This document shows positions 1 to 9,849 of a stretch of DNA of 64,000 bases, piece by piece (the stretch's first letter is position 1; the number at the start of each line of letters is the position of its first letter). The translations under genes and the position numbers were made by a program. The notes under the pieces are model-generated. The model saw only the letters and a program-made list of their open reading frames with translations, did not search any database and was not told the DNA's origin. Origin of the DNA: Ignavibacteria bacterium (GTDB lineage: Bacteria > Bacteroidota > Ignavibacteria > Tepidaquicellales > OLB5). The stretch spans positions 65,050 through 129,049 of the forward strand of contig JADZAP010000031.1 of NCBI GenBank assembly GCA_020852705.1. Reading direction: 5' to 3'.

Positions 1-77
1 GTCATATAAATTATTTAATTAATTAATTCATACTAATGCCATTTGAGCCGAAAAAATTTTATAACCTAAAATTATAA

Positions 78-1466
78 TTATACAGTATAGTTTTCAAGGT
101 ATTCAACAACCTTCATAACGAACTTACCGCCTAATGCCCCATCAATAAGTCTGTGATCAAATGAAAGTGTTAAGTACATCATAGGTTTTATAACTATTGC
201 ATCACCTTCTGATGTTTCTACTACAACAGGGCGTTTTTTAACTGCACCTGTACCAAGAATAGCAACCTGTGGCTGATTGATAATTGGAGTTCCGATAATA
301 TTGCCAAATATACCGTAGTTGGTAATTGTGAATGTACCATCCTGAATTTCATCAAGTGTTAGCTTTTTAACCCTAGCCCTTTTTGCAAGATCGGTCATTT
401 CACGTGCAATTCCGGTAATATTTTTTGAATCTGCATTTTTTATAACAGGGACAATAAGACCGCCATTATCCATAGCTACAGCAATCCCTAAATTAATAAA
501 ACTCTTAACCAGAATATTTGTTCCGTCAATTGATGAATTGACAAGAGGAAAATCTTTTAAAGCTTTTACCACAGCTTCGCAAATAAACGGCATATAGCTT
601 AATTTAAACCCTTCACGTTTTAGGAATTCATCACCCAATTCTTTTCTTGCTTTATCAACAGCACTCATATCGCACTCTGCAATTGCTGCAACGTGGGGAG
701 AAGTCTGAATACTCATTACCATATGCTCAGCCATTTTACTCTGTAAAGTATCCATTGGTACAACACTTACACCCGGCATGTTATACAGGTTAGTTAAATC
801 TACAGATGGTTTAATTTCCGGTGCTTTATATTCCTGTTGTTTCTTTTCAACAATAACTGCTTTTGCCGTTGAAGTTTGTGTAGTTGGACCTTGAGTTGTA
901 GTTGTTTCTGGTTTAGTAATTTTACCTGATTTTCTGGCATCTACGTATGCAAGTATATCCTGTTTTCTGATTCTTCCTCCTACTCCAGTACCCGAAATTG
1001 AAGATAGCTCATCCATAGAAACACCTTCTTTAGATGCAATATTTAAAACCAAAGGAGAGTAGAATCCTGAACCGCTGCCTGATTTAATTTCTTTATTTTG
1101 AATAACAGGGGCAATAATCTGCTGGGGAGATTCCGGTGTTTTTTCAAGAGGTTTTTCTGTTTGTTTTACTTCAGTTTTCTTTTCTTCTTTTGGTACACTG
1201 CCGGATTTAACCTGTGCATTTGAAGCATCGGTTTCTATTCTTGCCACAACATCTCCAACATTTGCAGTATCACCTTCCTGAAACAGAACTTCAATTAATA
1301 TTCCCGCTTCTGCAGATGGCACTTCTGTATCTACCTTATCTGTTGATATTTCAAATAATGTTTCATCCATTTCTACTTTATCACCAGGCAGTTTAAACCA
1401 TTTAAGTATTCTGCCATCCATTATAGATTCACCCATTTTGGGCATTATTATATCAACTACTGACAT
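78..1466 (-). CDS. 2-oxo acid dehydrogenase complex E2 component (dihydrolipoamide acyltransferase)
   Basis: 462 aa. N-terminal lipoyl domain with EISTDKV lipoyl-lysine motif, Pro/Thr/Lys-rich linkers, E3-binding segment (SPLVLNIASKEG...GTGVGGRIRKQDI) and C-terminal catalytic domain with DHRLIDG. Substrate class (PDH/BCKDH versus OGDH) not resolved. Confidence 0.9.
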   Translation of the reverse strand: MSVVDIIMPKMGESIMDGRILKWFKLPGDKVEMDETLFEISTDKVDTEVPSAEAGILIEVLFQEGDTANVGDVVARIETDASNAQVKSGSVPKEEKKTEVKQTEKPLEKTPESPQQIIAPVIQNKEIKSGSGSGFYSPLVLNIASKEGVSMDELSSISGTGVGGRIRKQDILAYVDARKSGKITKPETTTTQGPTTQTSTAKAVIVEKKQQEYKAPEIKPSVDLTNLYNMPGVSVVPMDTLQSKMAEHMVMSIQTSPHVAAIAECDMSAVDKARKELGDEFLKREGFKLSYMPFICEAVVKALKDFPLVNSSIDGTNILVKSFINLGIAVAMDNGGLIVPVIKNADSKNITGIAREMTDLAKRARVKKLTLDEIQDGTFTITNYGIFGNIIGTPIINQPQVAILGTGAVKKRPVVVETSEGDAIVIKPMMYLTLSFDHRLIDGALGGKFVMKVVEYLENYTV

Positions 1467-1507
1467 TTAAATCTCCATAATTATATTTAATTTTTTAATG
1501 AATTTAA

Positions 1508-1539
1508 CAAAATTAGCAAAAATTTCAGGTAATTGCAAT
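1508..1539 (-). promoter_or_regulatory. putative FCB/Bacteroidetes-type promoter (-33 aTTG, 20-nt spacer, -7 TAatTTTG) for the E2 gene
   Basis: On the minus strand: aTTG (1539..1536), 20-nt spacer, TAATTTTG (1515..1508), about 42 nt upstream of the ATG at 1466. Same architecture as four other sites in this window. Confidence 0.4.
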
Positions 1540-1580
1540 TCAATGAATTCTACAGTTTTCACTTAATAATTATTTAATTT

Positions 1581-3347
1581 TTACTCTTTATCTTTTGCTA
1601 TTTCTACCATAATTTTTTTTCCTTTTATCTGATTGTTGTTCATTGAGTGCAGAACTTCATTGACATGTTTTTTATCAACATCAACAAAAGTAAATTTATC
1701 ATAAATATCAATTTCCCCAACTGATGATGCAGGTACACCGCTCTCGCCAATAATAGCACCTAAAATATCTCGAGCTGAAATATTATATTTTTTACCTGTA
1801 CTAAAAAAAAGTCTTTCTGTGCTGCCGGAAGCAAGTCTTTTTCCTTTTGTTTCTTTTTTATCAGCATTACGATTCCTGTAATCATTTTTCCTGTCATTTT
1901 TTCCGGCTTTATCGTGTCTATTCCATTTGCTTTTATTATTTCCAAATCTATTACTTTCATTCTTCCTGCTTCTATCCTGATTTTTACTTCGTTTATCACC
2001 TTTACCTCGTTCTTCATATTCAGTGAATTCGGGCAAATCTTTTGCATTATTTTTTTCTGCTTTCAAAATCATCTTAATTAAACCGCCTGCAATTTCGTAA
2101 GAAGTAAAATCTTCATTTACAAGATTATCTATGTAGTGATCATATTTTTTAAGGTCACTGCCATCACCAATAGCTGATTTTATTTCTTCAAGAAAGCCTG
2201 ACTCACGCAGCTCCTGAACATCTTCAAAGCTTGGAGGATTTTGTCTTAATATTTTTGATTTGGTATAGCGTTCAATATCCTTTATTTTGCGGAACTCGCG
2301 TCCTGAGACAAAAGTATGAGCTTGCCCTGTTTTACCTGCCCTAGCGGTTCTGCCTATTCTATGGACATAATATTCTTCATCCTGCGGCATATCATAATTA
2401 AATACTGCATCTATATCATCTACATCAATACCCCGGGCAGCAACATCAGTTGCAACTAAAAGTTCAATTTTACCTGAGCGAAATTTATCCATTACCCTAT
2501 CCCGCTGTGATTGCTTCATATCTCCATGAAGTGCTTCTGCTGAATACCCCCTTGCTTTTAGATGAGCAACTAATGTATCAACTGTTCGTTTTGTATTACA
2601 AAACACCAGAGAAAGTGAGGGGTCGGTTACATCAAGCAGACGGGAAAGAACTTCAAGTTTCATATTTGGTTTAAGCTCATAATAAAACTGCTGTATGTTT
2701 GGAACAGTAAGTTCCTTATGTACAACCTTTACATACTGAGGGTTATTTAAATATTTTTTAGAAAGATCAAGTATTGGTTTAGGCATTGTAGCAGAAAACA
2801 ATATGGTTTGATGTTCACCTGGTATTTTTTTCAGTATATCTTCAATATCGTCCCGAAATCCCATATTCAGCATTTCATCTGCTTCATCAAGTACAACTGT
2901 ATGCAAATCAGAAAAGTTAATTGTTCTGCGGTTTAGATGATCCATAAGTCTGCCTGGTGTTGCAATAATAATCTGAACACCTTTGCGAAGTGTCATAAGC
3001 TGACGTTCAATAGATTGTCCCCCGTAAACCGGAAGCACTTTAATACCTTTTTTATACTTTAACAAATCACTGAATCCTTCTGCAACCTGAATTGCAAGCT
3101 CACGAGTAGGACAAAGTACAACAGCTTGTGTAGCTTTTATAGTTGGATCAATTTTTTCTATTACAGGAATACCGAAAGCTGCAGTTTTCCCTGTTCCGGT
3201 TTGTGCCTGTCCAATCAAATCTTTGCCATTTAGCAGTAATGGAATTGTCTGTGATTGAATTGGTGTAGCTTCTTCAAAGCCAAGCTCGGCAATAGCTTTT
3301 AAGATCTCTTTAGAGAGATTTAAATCTTCAAATTTTAATGTTTCCAA
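1581..3347 (-). CDS. deaD: DEAD-box ATP-dependent RNA helicase with C-terminal DbpA-type RNA-binding domain (DeaD/CsdA-like)
   Basis: 588 aa. Q motif (FEEATPIQ), AQTGTGKT, DEADEM, SAT and HRIGRTARAG motifs. Basic K/N/R-rich linker, then a DbpA-like domain (RLFFSTGKKYNISARDILGAI...). Only a TTG start (3347..3345) precedes the Q motif. Confidence 0.9.
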   Translation of the reverse strand: METLKFEDLNLSKEILKAIAELGFEEATPIQSQTIPLLLNGKDLIGQAQTGTGKTAAFGIPVIEKIDPTIKATQAVVLCPTRELAIQVAEGFSDLLKYKKGIKVLPVYGGQSIERQLMTLRKGVQIIIATPGRLMDHLNRRTINFSDLHTVVLDEADEMLNMGFRDDIEDILKKIPGEHQTILFSATMPKPILDLSKKYLNNPQYVKVVHKELTVPNIQQFYYELKPNMKLEVLSRLLDVTDPSLSLVFCNTKRTVDTLVAHLKARGYSAEALHGDMKQSQRDRVMDKFRSGKIELLVATDVAARGIDVDDIDAVFNYDMPQDEEYYVHRIGRTARAGKTGQAHTFVSGREFRKIKDIERYTKSKILRQNPPSFEDVQELRESGFLEEIKSAIGDGSDLKKYDHYIDNLVNEDFTSYEIAGGLIKMILKAEKNNAKDLPEFTEYEERGKGDKRSKNQDRSRKNESNRFGNNKSKWNRHDKAGKNDRKNDYRNRNADKKETKGKRLASGSTERLFFSTGKKYNISARDILGAIIGESGVPASSVGEIDIYDKFTFVDVDKKHVNEVLHSMNNNQIKGKKIMVEIAKDKE

Positions 3348-3607
3348 TTAATAATAGTTTTATTTAATCCGTTTAACGGATTCTGGAATATTCACAAAAA
3401 TACTTCAAGAGAAATATTTTAGAGGTTTAATTAGAGAAATGTTACACGGTTTGCTGCACTCGCAGCACGGATTAATACAAATATAATGAAATTGTTCTGT
3501 TTATACTAATAAGTTTAAAATGCAATTGCGGAGATTATATAGTTTAAATTAAAAATTATTTAAATTAAATATACATAATTAAATATATGCTATCTAAAAA
3601 AAAATAA

Positions 3608-4336
3608 TTATAATACACTAAAAAGAGACTCAATATATTCAGCATTTTTAAGTGACCTTATTTCCTGAACAATTTTAGTATCGGGGCATTCTTTTTTCCA
3701 GCGGTTAAACCAAATACATTTTATGCCGATTTTATGTGCACCAACAATATCGTTATCCCATGAATCACCAATCATAACCGTATTTTCCGGTGAGGAATCA
3801 AGACGGGAAAGTGCCGTTTGAAATATTTTCTTTTCGGGTTTCCTTGAACAAACTTCTTCAGAAGTTAAAAGCAGGTCAACATATTCACTAAGCCCAAGGT
3901 GCTGTAATTTTTCTGTTTGCTCATTAATTAGATTATTTGTAACAATACCAATCTTATATTTCTTTTTGAATTTTTTAAGGAGTTCAGCAGCGCCTTCAGT
4001 TGATTTTCGGTTTTTCAGGTATGAATTTCTGTAAATATATGCGGCATTATTTGTAGTATCAAAGTCAACTTCTACTCCCTTGTTTATAAAAGCACATTTA
4101 AATCTTTCAATTCTTGCTTCTTCAGGAGTCATTTTACCATAAAACACATCTTCAAAATGGAGTTTTTCTAACTGATTATAGTATTCATTTACCAGTTCAT
4201 CAAGTATTGTTTCATGAAAGCAGGTATATCGTTTCCACACAGCCCTTAAACCTTCGCGGGTTGCATGATGATGATCAAAGAGTGTATCGTCAAAATCAAA
4301 CAATACAGTTTTTATTGAAAGTTTATTTATCAACAA
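3608..4336 (-). CDS. HAD-superfamily hydrolase
   Basis: 242 aa. Motif I LFDFDDTLFD, motif with IVTNN, and C-terminal GDSWDNDI typical of haloacid dehalogenase-like phosphatases. Confidence 0.75.
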   Translation of the reverse strand: MLINKLSIKTVLFDFDDTLFDHHHATREGLRAVWKRYTCFHETILDELVNEYYNQLEKLHFEDVFYGKMTPEEARIERFKCAFINKGVEVDFDTTNNAAYIYRNSYLKNRKSTEGAAELLKKFKKKYKIGIVTNNLINEQTEKLQHLGLSEYVDLLLTSEEVCSRKPEKKIFQTALSRLDSSPENTVMIGDSWDNDIVGAHKIGIKCIWFNRWKKECPDTKIVQEIRSLKNAEYIESLFSVL

Positions 4337-4355
4337 TATTAAAACTTAAGAAATA

Positions 4356-4712
4356 TTATCTTTTACTGCTTTCCTCAATATCAAGATGGAATTTATGGAG
4401 AAATCTGTGCAGAATTGGAGCTAAAAAAATTGCCATACCAGAAAGAAATGCAACTCCGCTGAAGAGAGAATAACAACCGGCAAATATTTTGGATGTTTTG
4501 GTTTGCAGTAAATCAACCGGACCCATGCCTCCCAATATCATAGAAGCATTTAAGAATGAATCCACCCACCCTAAACCGGCAGTGTAATGATAGCCAACAA
4601 TCCCAACGAACAATGAAATTGTAAAAATTATTAAGCTAATTAAACCGGATTTTAAAAGTCTTTTCCTGTAAACTTTTCTAGGTGCAAGTTTAGAATGTGA
4701 ATGCTCATACAT
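4356..4712 (-). CDS. small 2-TM pore-loop (K+-channel-like) membrane protein with non-canonical filter
   Basis: 118 aa. TM1 (LISLIIFTISLFVGIVGYHY), pore-helix-like WVDSFLNASMILGGMGPVD, then TM2 (IFAGCYSLFSGVAFLSGMAIFLAPIL). By-eye resemblance to the KcsA-type TM1-P-TM2 layout, with LGGMGP where TVGYGD would be. Confidence 0.45.
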   Translation of the reverse strand: MYEHSHSKLAPRKVYRKRLLKSGLISLIIFTISLFVGIVGYHYTAGLGWVDSFLNASMILGGMGPVDLLQTKTSKIFAGCYSLFSGVAFLSGMAIFLAPILHRFLHKFHLDIEESSKR

Positions 4713-4882
4713 ATAATTTACAGATTAAGATGTACATTAATTTTGTATTAAAATAATATTACAAATATAACTGTATGTTTTATATTTTGATATATTCTAT
4801 AATATTATTTTTAAGATTTATTTAAATGTGAATTTTAGGTAATTTTATAGAATTTTTATTTTTAAAACTAATTAAAACATGA

Positions 4883-5605
4883 ATGGAAACAGCAATTGCA
4901 CTTTTAACCCTGGTTGCACTTGAAATTGTACTTGGAATAGACAACATTATATTTATATCAATTCTTGCGGGTAAACTTCCTACCGATAAACAAAAAAAAG
5001 CAAGGTTAGCAGGACTAGCAGCTGCAATGATTATGAGAGTACTGTTGTTGTTTTCATTAAGTCTGATTATGAAACTGACGTTTCCCCTATTTACAGTTTT
5101 TAGTGAAGAAATTTCAGGTCGTGACTTGATTTTAATTGCAGGCGGGCTGTTTTTAATTGCAAAAAGTACTTACGAAATTCATGAAAAACTTGAAGGAGAT
5201 GACCATCAAAAGTCAACAGGTAAAAAGAGTGTTTCATTTGCTTCAACCATTGTGCAAATAATGATACTTGATATAGTATTTTCACTAGATTCAGTTATAA
5301 CAGCTATTGGTATGACAAATTTGCTTTGGATAATGATAGCTGCAGTTGTAATATCGGTAATATTTATGATGTTTACAAGCGGTGCTGTAAGTGATTTTGT
5401 ACACAAGCATCCAACTGTTAAAATACTTGCATTAAGTTTTTTGCTCTTAATTGGAGTTACACTTTTAGCAGAAGGATTTGACCAGCATATTTCAAAAGGT
5501 TACATTTATTTTGCAATGGCTTTCAGCGTGTTTGTTGAAATGATAAATATTAAAATCAGGTCTAAATCAAGTGTTCCTGTTCATCTAAAAGAAAAAATTC
5601 TTTAG
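4883..5605 (+). CDS. TerC-family integral membrane protein
   Basis: 240 aa polytopic membrane protein with the characteristic N-terminal LEIVLGIDNIIFISIL motif and a repeated DSVITAIG-type motif. Confidence 0.8.
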   Translation: METAIALLTLVALEIVLGIDNIIFISILAGKLPTDKQKKARLAGLAAAMIMRVLLLFSLSLIMKLTFPLFTVFSEEISGRDLILIAGGLFLIAKSTYEIHEKLEGDDHQKSTGKKSVSFASTIVQIMILDIVFSLDSVITAIGMTNLLWIMIAAVVISVIFMMFTSGAVSDFVHKHPTVKILALSFLLLIGVTLLAEGFDQHISKGYIYFAMAFSVFVEMINIKIRSKSSVPVHLKEKIL

Positions 5606-5623
5606 AAAACTGCAGATTAAATT

Positions 5624-6559
5624 ATGATATCACGTATTACGAATAATATATTAATGATTTCACCAAATTCATTTGGCTATAATTTCCAAGCGGCAAAATC
5701 AAATTCATTTCAAAATAGACCTGAATATGACATTGAAACTATAAGGCAAAAAGCAATTTTTGAGTTTAATGAAATGGCTAAAAAGCTAACCAATAGCGGA
5801 GTAAATGTTCATGTACTTTCTAATGATGATAAATACGAATTGCCTGATGCAGTTTTTCCAAATAATTGGTTTTGTACATACCAAGATGGTACGGTTATTC
5901 TTTTTCCTATGCTCAACGAAAACCGAAGACTTGAACGTGATCAAAATATGCTTAAAGAAATATTTGATACATCAGATTTTAAAGTTAACAGATATATTGA
6001 TTACAGTAAATATGAGGATCAGAATATAATACTTGAAGGAACAGGAAGTCTGGTGCTGGATAGAAAAAATAATGCAGTTTTTGCAATTGAGTCTGAACGG
6101 ACAAATAAAATATTGTTTGATAAATATTGTAATGAGATGGAAATTCCTTATGAAAACAGAATTTTTTTTCACGCAAATGATTTAGAGGGAAAACCAATTT
6201 ATCATACAAATGTTATAATGTCAGTATGCGATGGTTTTGCAGTAATCTGCAGGGAGTGTATTCAAGAAAGTGAACAGGATTATGTGCTTGAAAAACTGAA
6301 ACATCTCAATCTGGAGATCATAGAAATAACATATTTCCAGCTTAAAAATTTCTGCGGAAATATACTGAATATAGCAAATAATGAGGGTGAATCATTAATA
6401 GTATTATCCGTCAGCGCAGCAAAGAGTTTTGAAAAAAATCAGATAGAAATATTAAAAAAATTCGGCAAACTTATTGAAGTAAATATAAATACAATTGAAT
6501 CTATTGGAGGCGGAAGCGCTAGATGTATGATTGCAGAAATTTTCCTTCCAAAAATATAA
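5624..6559 (+). CDS. amidinotransferase / arginine-deiminase-related (guanidino-group modifying enzyme superfamily, CtlX-like) protein
   Basis: 311 aa. C-terminal GGGSARCMIAE with the catalytic Cys typical of the GME superfamily. The N-terminus resembles arginine-deiminase-related proteins. Exact substrate unknown. Confidence 0.6.
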   Translation: MISRITNNILMISPNSFGYNFQAAKSNSFQNRPEYDIETIRQKAIFEFNEMAKKLTNSGVNVHVLSNDDKYELPDAVFPNNWFCTYQDGTVILFPMLNENRRLERDQNMLKEIFDTSDFKVNRYIDYSKYEDQNIILEGTGSLVLDRKNNAVFAIESERTNKILFDKYCNEMEIPYENRIFFHANDLEGKPIYHTNVIMSVCDGFAVICRECIQESEQDYVLEKLKHLNLEIIEITYFQLKNFCGNILNIANNEGESLIVLSVSAAKSFEKNQIEILKKFGKLIEVNINTIESIGGGSARCMIAEIFLPKI

Positions 6560-6705
6560 AATTATTAATTTATTTTGAATAATTTTTCAAAAAACTAAAA
6601 CTTCCCTACCGTACAAAGTGTAGTACCACTTGAATCGGGTATCATAATAAATTATTTATAATGATAATTTTATATTAATTATAATTATTAACTCAATAAA
6701 TTGTC

Positions 6706-8376
6706 ATGTATTTAATTAAGGGAAATCTAAGAATTTTAAGTTTAATTATTTTCCTTGCGGCATCACTCCAATCTCAGGAATGGTATCAAACATATAATGG
6801 CGGCAGTAATTCTGAAGACAGGGGTTACGGAATTGTAGTAGATTCTGACGGTAACATTATTACTACCGGATATACTACATCAGTATCTACAGGAATGGAT
6901 ATTGTTGCTCTAAAATACAGTAATAACGGTACATTATTATGGAGTAAAATTTTTACAGGCACTGGTAATTATGCAGATAGACCATTTGGGATTGTAGTAG
7001 ATAATACAAACAATATTATAATCTGCGGTTACACAACCAGAGATAACGGCAATATAGATTATTTAACAGTGAAATATAACTCCTCAGGGATATTTCAGTG
7101 GGCAAAAACTTTTAACGGTACTGCAAACAGCGAAGATAAAGCGTTTGGTATTGTTGTTGATCAGTCTGATAATATTTTTGTAACGGGAACCAGCACTTCA
7201 TCTGCTTCCGGAGAAGATATAACAACAATAAAATATTCTAAAACAGGAAGTGAAATTTGGGTTAAAACCTATGATGCTCCAAAACATAAAAATGACGGAG
7301 CCAGAAAAATTGCAATTGATCAAGATAATAATCTTTATATAGCAGGTTACGGCGAATACAATAGTAACAATTCTGATTTTATACTTTTAAAATATTCGGT
7401 AAGCGGTACACTTCAATGGTCAAAAAATTATAACGGAGTATCAGAAGGGAAAGACGAAGCATGGGGAATTGTAATTGATCAGGATAAAAAGGTCTATATA
7501 ACCGGTGAGTCAGATAATTCACAAAGTAATACAGATATTGTAACAATTAAATACAATTCATCAGGTTCAGTCCTTTGGACCACAAGATTTGACGGACCTC
7601 ATCATAAAGATGACAAACCTTACGGAATTGTTGTTGATGATTTTCATGATGCAATTTTTATTACCGGTATAACAGGTACTTTGCAAAATGGAAAAGACTT
7701 CGTTACAATGAGACTAAATACTTCCAACGGTGAACTTAAGTGGTCAAGAAACTATAACGGTCCCGGCAATAATGATGATATTGCTTATACAATTGCATTA
7801 TCACACAATTCAGAAAACAGACATCTATTTGTTGCAGGAACAATCAGAAACGGAAATAATGAAGCAAGTGAAGATATAATTGTTATATCTTATTCAAACA
7901 CCGGTACAATGCTCAATACCGCTGTTTACGGAGGTGAAACAAATCAAAGTGATGGTGCCTTTGGGATAGCTGTAGATGAATCAGATAATTATTACCTTGC
8001 CGGTTATATTGGAGTTGAACCAAATTCAGATGCACTCTTTAGCTGTGATTTAATAACAGTAAAATATAAAAAACTTTATTTAACAGGGATAGTAAATACA
8101 TTAACAACTCCAAAGAATTTTTATTTACTGCAAAATTACCCAAACCCGTTCAACCCTTCAACTACCATATCGTTTGGGCTTCCTAAGAGTTCAAATGTTA
8201 AGATATCTGTTTATGATGTTACAGGGAAACTGGTTGCTGATGCAGTAAATTCCAATTTTACAAAAGGAAATTATAAAATAAATTTTAACGGTGATTTTTT
8301 AAGTTCAGGGATTTACTTCTTCTCAATTATAGCGGATGGATTTTACGAGACGAAAAAAATGTTGCTTATTAAATAA
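6706..8376 (+). CDS. secreted beta-propeller repeat (SBBP-like) protein with T9SS C-terminal sorting domain
   Basis: 556 aa. Signal peptide, then about 8 repeats of the pattern D.A.GIVVD..(N/D)NI(Y/F)(I/V)TG....D(I/F)(V/T)T(I/L)KY...G...W. C-terminal LLQNYPNPFNPSTTISF... beta-sandwich typical of Por/T9SS secretion signals. Confidence 0.8.
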   Translation: MYLIKGNLRILSLIIFLAASLQSQEWYQTYNGGSNSEDRGYGIVVDSDGNIITTGYTTSVSTGMDIVALKYSNNGTLLWSKIFTGTGNYADRPFGIVVDNTNNIIICGYTTRDNGNIDYLTVKYNSSGIFQWAKTFNGTANSEDKAFGIVVDQSDNIFVTGTSTSSASGEDITTIKYSKTGSEIWVKTYDAPKHKNDGARKIAIDQDNNLYIAGYGEYNSNNSDFILLKYSVSGTLQWSKNYNGVSEGKDEAWGIVIDQDKKVYITGESDNSQSNTDIVTIKYNSSGSVLWTTRFDGPHHKDDKPYGIVVDDFHDAIFITGITGTLQNGKDFVTMRLNTSNGELKWSRNYNGPGNNDDIAYTIALSHNSENRHLFVAGTIRNGNNEASEDIIVISYSNTGTMLNTAVYGGETNQSDGAFGIAVDESDNYYLAGYIGVEPNSDALFSCDLITVKYKKLYLTGIVNTLTTPKNFYLLQNYPNPFNPSTTISFGLPKSSNVKISVYDVTGKLVADAVNSNFTKGNYKINFNGDFLSSGIYFFSIIADGFYETKKMLLIK

Positions 8377-8456
8377 GTTTTCATGAATTCACTTATTTAA
8401 GAGAAGTGTTTTAATCTTCCCTTTTTTTTATTTAGCCAACTAGAGCCGGTTAACTT

Positions 8457-8975
8457 TTATTGTATTTTGTATAATATTGCTTTTTGATAAGCTGATAAAT
8501 TAAATGAGACTACATTTTCATTTTCTTCTGACTCCGCAGTAGTTCTTAATGGTGTATCGCTCCCTGAAATTACTTCGAATATAATCTTATCATTATCAAG
8601 TTCGTAAGAAACATCTGATAAATATCCTTGTACATTAAATCTCGTGAGAAGTTTGTTATTAAACATTTTAGCATCTATTAATATACCATTTCGTTCATCA
8701 ATTTCATATTTACCCTGATTTTCATTCAGAGTTCGTAACAGATATTTTCTGTCATCGTTAGCAGAATCTTTATAAATCATTCTCCAACGGTACAAACTAG
8801 CGGAATCTGCGGGTGAAATATGAAGCTCCATGTGAACTGTATTTATTGTTTTTTGATCTGAAGAATTATAAATAAACAGCTCACCAGACCAAATTCCAAT
8901 CCACGATTGATTTATCTGTGGATAACTTTTTACAGCAATTAAAAAAAATAATATTAGCAGAATATTTATTTTCAT
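8457..8975 (-). CDS. hypothetical secreted protein
   Basis: 172 aa ORF with N-terminal signal peptide (MKINILLILFFLIAVKSYPQ). No recognisable motifs. Confidence 0.5.
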   Translation of the reverse strand: MKINILLILFFLIAVKSYPQINQSWIGIWSGELFIYNSSDQKTINTVHMELHISPADSASLYRWRMIYKDSANDDRKYLLRTLNENQGKYEIDERNGILIDAKMFNNKLLTRFNVQGYLSDVSYELDNDKIIFEVISGSDTPLRTTAESEENENVVSFNLSAYQKAILYKIQ

Positions 8976-9025
8976 TTATGATCTAATATTAATAGAGTTA
9001 TTTAATAAATGATAAGTAATTATTT

Positions 9026-9535
9026 TTATTCCAATGGTTCCATACCCATTGCAGTCCATTCTTCTTTACTCGGTCCGTAAATTCCAGGAACCGATAGACC
9101 AGCCTGTCTCATTAAAACGGACATTTGACCCCTATGATGTGCCTGATGAGTAATTAATATGTTTAATGTTAAACCTCTTTTCCATTTTTCTCCATACATA
9201 TCATCTTCAATTTTCAACGTATCGTTATCCCAGTTTTCTTTAAGTTTTTCTATTAATGATTCAGAGGCATTTGTATAACATTCCTTCAAATCAGATACAC
9301 TGTTTTCTTTCCATTTTCCGCTGCTAAGATCCGGTGTAAAGATTTTAAGACCTGTTTTTCCCATCATCTCGCCTATAGTTTCAGTTAAATGCCACCCTAA
9401 AAACCCAAGAGATCTGCCTCCGGCAGTTACACTCTGGGGCATTGATTCATCTGTAATATTTTTAAGGTATTTCAAAGTTGAGTTACTTTCATACGCCCAA
9501 TCATCAAAAAATTCATTTAGATTAGTATAAACCAT
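9026..9535 (-). CDS. DinB-family (damage-inducible, four-helix-bundle metal-binding) protein
   Basis: 169 aa. His triad context (WHLTETIGEM ... ITHQAHHRGQMSVLMRQAG) typical of the DinB/YfiT superfamily. Confidence 0.75.
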   Translation of the reverse strand: MVYTNLNEFFDDWAYESNSTLKYLKNITDESMPQSVTAGGRSLGFLGWHLTETIGEMMGKTGLKIFTPDLSSGKWKENSVSDLKECYTNASESLIEKLKENWDNDTLKIEDDMYGEKWKRGLTLNILITHQAHHRGQMSVLMRQAGLSVPGIYGPSKEEWTAMGMEPLE

Positions 9536-9591
9536 ATATAGATTATTAATTTATAGATTTACAAATTTATTAATACTTTATATAATAAAAA

Positions 9592-9610
9592 AGCGGGTTT
9601 AAAACCCGCT
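9592..9610 (-). terminator. rho-independent terminator (bidirectional hairpin) after the 271-aa membrane protein gene
   Basis: agcgggttt-a-aaacccgct perfect 9-bp stem flanked by A-run (5') and T-run (3'), located between 9850 (gene end) and 9535. Confidence 0.75.
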
Positions 9611-9849
9611 TTTTCGAACTTCATTCTGCATTCCCCCAAATTATGCAGATTAATTCTAAATACTGATTATCATTTTTTATGTTTAAATGCAATGTAAAAT
9701 TAACCTTTAATTTTATAATAACTATTAACTGAACAAATTACAAAAATTAAAAATATGGTATGGCAATTGTTATTAAAAATTAATATTCAATTTATACCGT
9801 TAAAACAGTATTAGCGGCATTAATTGTAAATAAGTAAAGAGCTTATAAA

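Noticed and set aside
4713-4882. yybP-ykoY (Mn2+) riboswitch upstream of the TerC-family gene
   Set aside because: TerC genes are often controlled by this riboswitch. This spacer is almost pure A/T and has none of the conserved GC-rich helices or the GGGGAGUAG-type core.
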